DNA of 45,716 nucleotides from Armatimonadota bacterium (GTDB taxonomy: Bacteria > Armatimonadota > Zipacnadia > Zipacnadales > UBA5352), in the NCBI GenBank assembly GCA_034722055.1, contig JAYENL010000067.1, forward strand, positions 1 to 45,716, written 5' to 3'. Below the pieces are notes generated by a model. The model saw only the letters and a program-made list of their open reading frames with translations. It searched no databases and was not told where the DNA came from. Positions 40,949-45,716 of this stretch are shown in pieces. Numbering within the stretch: position 1 is the stretch's first letter; each line of letters begins with the position of its first letter. Made by a program: the position numbers and the translations under genes.

Positions 40949-42097
40949 CTACTCCTCGACCTTCACCTCAACCGTGTCGATGCGATCGACCTTCTCGCCC
41001 TGGGGATCACTCACCCTCAGCGTCACCGTGTAGTAGCCCGGGGTCAGGAAGGTCCAGGTGGGCTCCTGCCCGTAGCCCTCCTCCTGGATGCCGTCGAGCG
41101 CATCGAAGTCCCAGACATAGCTGGCCTGGACGCCCTCGGCCTGGGGCGCGGCCTCAAACCGTGTGATCTCCTCGACCGTGGTGGTCACGTTCTCACCGGC
41201 GTCGGCCACCAGCGGCTGCTCCTCGTAGCCGAGCGTCAGCTCGCCCACCCAGAAGCTCTCCTCCACGTCGCCGAGCAGCGCCACATACTCGATCTTCGAG
41301 CCCGACAGGTCCACGGTACCGCCGAAGGCGCTCAGGGGCACCACAATCTGCTTCCAGCCCTCGACAACCTCGATCTGCTGCTCCAACTCCAGCGCACCCG
41401 AATCAATGGCACCCTTGTCGGTCACGATCAGCACCCGCAGCGCCTCGATCTTCGGCGGCGGCTCCGCGGCCGCACCGACCTGCCCGGCTCCGGGAACCCC
41501 CATGCCGGGGCCCATTCCGCCGGGCACTTCCCCGGGCATTCCCGGACCCATCCCGCCGGGCACCTCCCCGGGCATGCCAGGGCCCATCTCGCCCGGCATC
41601 ATCTCACCGGGCATCCCCTCCGGAGGCATCATCCCTCCCTCGGGCGGCATGCCGGGGCCGAATTCGCCCGGCATACCCTCCGGGGGCATGCCTCCGGGCG
41701 GCATTCCTTCGCCGGGGATAATTGGCCCGGGCATTCCGCCCGGGAACCGCCCCTCCCCGGCGCCGGGCTGACGGAAGGTCTCCAGCTCCGGCTCATGCAC
41801 CTTCACGACCAGCTTCACGTAACCGCCGGCGGGGTCCTCCATGAAGCGGTCCATCTCCAGCGGCTCCGCAAGGTCCAGGCGACCGCCCTCAAAGAATCCC
41901 GTCGTCTCCACGCGCAGCGCCGCGCCCTCCAGATAGGTCTCGTCCTCATCCACCTCGACCGTCCCTGCACCCCAGCTCCCGAGCTCCACGCCCTGCAGCT
42001 CACCCGAGAACAGCGAGACCTTAGCGTCGGCCCAGGCGCTGGCGGTGAGCCCGGTCATCAGGATGGCTGCTGACAGAACCATTGCCGCTCGTCGCAT
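40949..42097 (-). CDS. Secreted acidic protein with Gly/Met/Pro repeat insert and C-terminal PKD domain
   Basis: Signal peptide ending AWA-DA; PKD motifs VADAG, YVWDFD, PGYYTVTLRVSD. Confidence 0.75.
   Translation of the reverse strand: MRRAAMVLSAAILMTGLTASAWADAKVSLFSGELQGVELGSWGAGTVEVDEDETYLEGAALRVETTGFFEGGRLDLAEPLEMDRFMEDPAGGYVKLVVKVHEPELETFRQPGAGEGRFPGGMPGPIIPGEGMPPGGMPPEGMPGEFGPGMPPEGGMMPPEGMPGEMMPGEMGPGMPGEVPGGMGPGMPGEVPGGMGPGMGVPGAGQVGAAAEPPPKIEALRVLIVTDKGAIDSGALELEQQIEVVEGWKQIVVPLSAFGGTVDLSGSKIEYVALLGDVEESFWVGELTLGYEEQPLVADAGENVTTTVEEITRFEAAPQAEGVQASYVWDFDALDGIQEEGYGQEPTWTFLTPGYYTVTLRVSDPQGEKVDRIDTVEVKVEE
41497..41748 (-). repeat. Coding low-complexity repeat (GMPGE/GMPPE/GMGP)n
   Basis: About 80 aa of G/M/P/E repeats, with PGMPGEVPGGMG twice in tandem; third positions differ between copies. 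Confidence 0.85.
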
Positions 42098-42184
42098 CAA
42101 GATGATCACCCTTCTGCGCCGGTCCGCTCCCCCGACCCGGCGGCACGCAGGCGCCGGGCCGGCTCTGACCATCGCCTCAGTGCA

Positions 42185-42213
42185 ATTCTACCCCTTGCCG
42201 CCGATTCCTGCAA
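42185..42213 (-). promoter_or_regulatory. Sigma70-type promoter for the PKD gene
   Basis: TTGCAG (42213-42208), 17 bp, TAGAAT (42190-42185). Confidence 0.6.
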
Positions 42214-42330
42214 CCGTCAATCGCTGTCCCGTCCTGGATGACCAGCATCCCGCCGTCGGTGTCATCCTGTCCATCCTGTTCCCTGTCCTCGCTGTTGCCG
42301 TCGTCTCTCCGACATCCTGTCGGCAGTACA

Positions 42331-43467
42331 TCAGGCCAGCCGCACCACGACCTCACCGTGCAGCGGCTCCCCGGCCTCCGTGAGGCGCAGGCGCTGCCCC
42401 AGCTCCACCAGCCCCATCTCAGCCAGCGGCTCCGCCCGGCCCAGCAGCTCCGACACGCGCTCCGGGCCATAGGCGGCCTTCAGCGCCGCGACCTCCAGCC
42501 CTTCGACCATGCGCAGACCCATCATGACCGCCTCGGCCAGCGCGTCGTCCGGATCGAGACGCTCCGCATAGGCCCGTGGCTCCTCGCCTGCGTCGAGCGC
42601 CGCCACGTAGTCCTCCGGCTCCCGCAGGTTCGCGCTGCGCACACCATCCAGGTAGCTCCAGGCACCCGCGCCCAGCCCCAGGTAGGGCTCATTATGCCAG
42701 TAGGTGATGTTGTGCCGACACTCGAAGCCGGGGCGGGCGTAGTTGGAGATCTCGTAGCGGCGCAGGCCGGCCCCTTCGCACAGCTCCCGCGTGGCCTCGC
42801 GCATCGCCAGGTGCTCCGCCTCGGCCGGCGGCTCGATCTCACCGCTCTGCCACCGCTTGAACAGCCGCGTGCCCTCCGCCAGCTCCAGGCCGTAGGCCGA
42901 GACGTGCTCGGGCTCCAGCGCCAGCGCCCGTGTAAGCGTTCTCCGCCAGCGCGCCACCGTCTGTCCTGGCAGCGCGTAGATGAGGTCCAGCGAGAGGTTC
43001 TCGACGCCCGCCCTCCGAGCCGCCCGCGCGGCCCGCTCGGTGTCCCCGGACGTGTGTCCCCGGCCGAGCAGCTCCAGCTCGCGGTCATCGAAGGACTGCG
43101 CGCCGAGGCTGAGACGATTGAAGCCGGCCTCCTGCAGCGCCCTCAGCTTCGCCTCATCGACGCTCTCGGGATTGGCCTCAACGGAGACCTCAGCGTCCGG
43201 CTCGGTGGCGCATCGCCCGGTGATGGCGGCCAACAGGGCACCGAGGTCGTGCGCGGGGTAGAGCGTGGGGGTGCCGCCGCCGAAGTAGATGGTGTGCACG
43301 GGCTGCCGGCTGAGCTCGTCGCCGCGGCGCGCGATCTCGGCGTGCAGGGCGCTCAGGTAGGCGGATCGCAGCGGGGCGGGCGCGGGGCCGGAGTTGAAGT
43401 CACAGTAGTGGCATTTGCGGGCGCAGAAGGGCAGGTGGACGTAGACGGAGAGGCCGCTGGCGCTCAT
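42331..43467 (-). CDS. hemW: Radical SAM heme chaperone HemW (HemN-like)
   Basis: YVHLPFCARKCHYCDF, YFGGGTP, EANP, NRLSLG, DLIYALP, YEISNY, HNITYW, YLGLGAGA; directly follows lepA. Confidence 0.92.
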   Translation of the reverse strand: MSASGLSVYVHLPFCARKCHYCDFNSGPAPAPLRSAYLSALHAEIARRGDELSRQPVHTIYFGGGTPTLYPAHDLGALLAAITGRCATEPDAEVSVEANPESVDEAKLRALQEAGFNRLSLGAQSFDDRELELLGRGHTSGDTERAARAARRAGVENLSLDLIYALPGQTVARWRRTLTRALALEPEHVSAYGLELAEGTRLFKRWQSGEIEPPAEAEHLAMREATRELCEGAGLRRYEISNYARPGFECRHNITYWHNEPYLGLGAGAWSYLDGVRSANLREPEDYVAALDAGEEPRAYAERLDPDDALAEAVMMGLRMVEGLEVAALKAAYGPERVSELLGRAEPLAEMGLVELGQRLRLTEAGEPLHGEVVVRLA

Positions 43468-43474
43468 CGAGCCC

Positions 43475-45319
43475 TCACTCCTCATCCCCGAGGCGGAGGA
43501 TGGACATGAAGGCCTCCTGCGGCACCTCCACGTTCCCCACCTGCTTCATCCGCCGCTTGCCCTCGCGCTGGCGCTCCATGAGCTTGCGCTTGCGCGTGAC
43601 GTCGCCGCCGTAGCACTTCTCGGTGACGTTCTTGCGCAGCGGCGGCACGCGGGTGGAGGCCACGATGCGGCTGCCGATCGAGGCCTGGATGCGCACCTCG
43701 AAGAGCTGCCGGGGGATCTCCTCCTTGAGCCTGCGGGCGATGGCTCTGCCGCGGCTCTCGGCGAAGTCCCGGTGGCAGATGATCGCCAGCGCGTCCACCG
43801 GGTCGCCGTTGATGAGCATCTCCACCTTCACCAGGTCCTCCGGCACGTAGCCGGCGTGCTCGTAGTCCAGCGTAGCGTAGCCGCGGGTGGCGGACTTGAG
43901 GGCGTCGAAGTAGTCCACCACGATCTCCGCCAGTGGCAGCCGGTAGTGCAGCGCGAGGCGGTCGCCCCACATGTACTCCTGCTCGCGGTACTCGCCCCGG
44001 CGGTCGTCGGAGACCTTCATGACGTGGCCCACGTACTTCTGCGGGCACATCACCACCGCGTCCACCACCGGCTCCTCGATGACCTCGATCACCTCCCGCT
44101 CCGGGAAGGCGGCCGGATTGTCCACCTCCATGACGTCCCCGTCGGTCAGCAGGATGCGGTAGACCACGCTGGGCGCCGTCGCCACCAGCTCCAGGTCGTA
44201 CTCCCGCTCCAGGCGCTCCTGCACGATCTCCATGTGCAGCAGGCCCAGGAAGCCGCAGCGGAACCCGAAGCCCAGGGCGGCGGAGGTCTCGCGCTCGTAG
44301 GTCAGCGCCGCATCGTTCAGCGACAGGCGATCGAGGGCGTCCTTGAGGCCCTCGTAGTCCGCATTGTCGGTGGGGTAGAGCCCGCAGAAGACCATCGGCT
44401 GGGCCTCGCGGTAGCCGGGTAGAGGCTCGGCGGCGGGCCGCTCGGCGGTGGTGATGGTGTCGCCCACCCGGCACTCCTCGACGCCCTTGATGGTGGCAGA
44501 CAGGTAGCCCACGTCCCCGGCCCGCAGCTCCTCCACGTCCACCATGGCGGGCGAGAACACGCCGGTGCGCGAGACCTCGAAGCGGCGGCCCGAGGACATC
44601 ATCATGATCTCGTCGCCGGGCCGGATGCGGCCCTCGAAGACGCGCACGTAGGCAATCACGCCCTGATGCACGTCGAACTCGGAGTCGAAGATCATGGCCC
44701 GCAGCGGCGCCTCGGCGTCCTCATCGGGCGGCGGAATGCGCCGCACGATGGCCTCCAGCAGCTCGTGCACGCCCTCCCCGGTCTTCCCCGAGGTCATGAT
44801 GATCTCGTCGTCCGTGAAGCCGAAGCTGTCGCGCATCTCCTTCAGGGCCATCTCCGGCTCGATGTTGGGCAGGTCGATCTTGTTGACGACGGGAATGATC
44901 TCCAGGCCCGCGTCCACCGCCAGGTAGACGTTCGCGACGGTCTGGGCCTCCACGCCCTGGGAGACATCCACCAGCACCACGGCGCCCTCGCAGGCCTGCA
45001 GACTCCGGGAAACCTCGTAGGAGAAGTCCACGTGGCCGGGGGTGTCGATGAGGTTGAGCTGATACAGCTCACCGTCATCGGCCTCATAGTAGAGGCGGAC
45101 GGCGGAGGACTTGATGGTGATGCCGCGCTCGCGCTCGAGGTCCATGGAGTCCAGCATCTGCTCGGTGGCCTCTTCGACGTTGCCGCACACCTCCAGGAGC
45201 CGATCGGCGAGCGTGGACTTGCCGTGGTCGATATGGGCCACGATGGAGAAGTTCCGCACATTCTCCTGCGGCACGTCCCGCACCGTGGCCTGCTGGTTGG
45301 CCTTCGATTCACTCGCCAT
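43475..45319 (-). CDS. lepA: Translation elongation factor 4 (LepA)
   Basis: [64 protein letters not shown]. Confidence 0.98.
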   Translation of the reverse strand: MASESKANQQATVRDVPQENVRNFSIVAHIDHGKSTLADRLLEVCGNVEEATEQMLDSMDLERERGITIKSSAVRLYYEADDGELYQLNLIDTPGHVDFSYEVSRSLQACEGAVVLVDVSQGVEAQTVANVYLAVDAGLEIIPVVNKIDLPNIEPEMALKEMRDSFGFTDDEIIMTSGKTGEGVHELLEAIVRRIPPPDEDAEAPLRAMIFDSEFDVHQGVIAYVRVFEGRIRPGDEIMMMSSGRRFEVSRTGVFSPAMVDVEELRAGDVGYLSATIKGVEECRVGDTITTAERPAAEPLPGYREAQPMVFCGLYPTDNADYEGLKDALDRLSLNDAALTYERETSAALGFGFRCGFLGLLHMEIVQERLEREYDLELVATAPSVVYRILLTDGDVMEVDNPAAFPEREVIEVIEEPVVDAVVMCPQKYVGHVMKVSDDRRGEYREQEYMWGDRLALHYRLPLAEIVVDYFDALKSATRGYATLDYEHAGYVPEDLVKVEMLINGDPVDALAIICHRDFAESRGRAIARRLKEEIPRQLFEVRIQASIGSRIVASTRVPPLRKNVTEKCYGGDVTRKRKLMERQREGKRRMKQVGNVEVPQEAFMSILRLGDEE

Positions 45320-45352
45320 GCTCTCTATCGTTACCCTTTCACGTCACAATCC

Positions 45353-45691
45353 GGAGTCCAGGCGTCCTCGCCTGGACGTCGTTTGTCGTTGTCGTCATCC
45401 GTTCCGTTTGGAGGGGCCGGTCTCCGCCCCGGCCCGGCTGTATGTCGTCTGTCGTTCCGTGGCACGCACACTCCTGTGCGTGCGCCGGTTGCCGTCGCCG
45501 TTCCGGAGGGGCGGACCTGCGCGTCCGCCCGGTCGTTTGCCGTAAGCCCAGCCGTCTGGAGGGGCCGGTCTCCGCCCCGGCCCGGGCGTCCGCCGTCTGC
45601 CGTTGCCGTCTGGCGTTGCCGTCCGGAGCGACGCATGTTCACATGCGTCGGCCGTTTGCCGTTCTGGAGGGGCAGACCTACGCGTCCGCCC
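45353..45691 (+). repeat. Head-to-tail array of seven REP-like palindromes of five sequence classes
   Basis: Units start at 45353, 45410, 45459, 45505, 45558, 45625 and 45666. Each is GGAG (GTGG at 45459) plus a 7-9 bp stem palindrome; 45410-45435 is identical to 45558-45583. Confidence 0.85.
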
Positions 45692-45716
45692 GGCCCTTGT
45701 GGGTTGCCCAGACGTG

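Noticed and set aside
45353..45691. CRISPR array
   Set aside because: Units differ in sequence, linkers are low-complexity and similar to each other rather than unique spacers, spacing is irregular, and no cas genes are present.

Overview
High-GC bacterial chromosomal segment, mostly housekeeping genes. Gene content and style suggest Armatimonadota or a related Terrabacteria lineage (inference, not tested). Left to right it carries: a large secreted glycoside-hydrolase-like gene preceded by two decayed gene remnants; a ceramidase-like and a beta-propeller hydrolase gene; a perfect parS palindrome; a minus-strand envelope cluster (orphan GAF-PAS kinase, rpiB, dCMP deaminase, WecA/TagO, wecB, AI-2E, uppP); gyrB-gyrA; class II ribonucleotide reductase nrdJ with a SagB-like nitroreductase; a CHASE2 adenylate cyclase divergent from a FecR-domain gene; two tandem PilT/PilU ATPases with a Cys-rich membrane protein; tRNA-Ala(GGC); several small enzymes; a Na/Pi cotransporter; AMMECR1, NAGPA and pyrC genes; a PKD surface protein; and hemW-lepA. 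I found no phage, IS, integrase or CRISPR. The most unusual non-coding signal is a family of REP-like elements (GGAG or GTGG tetramer plus a variable palindrome). They form mosaic clusters at both window ends and occur singly inside it. Also notable: two probable ATA/ATC start codons, an internally deleted URO-D remnant, and substitutions in conserved gyrase motifs. All family assignments come from motif recognition by eye, not database searches.
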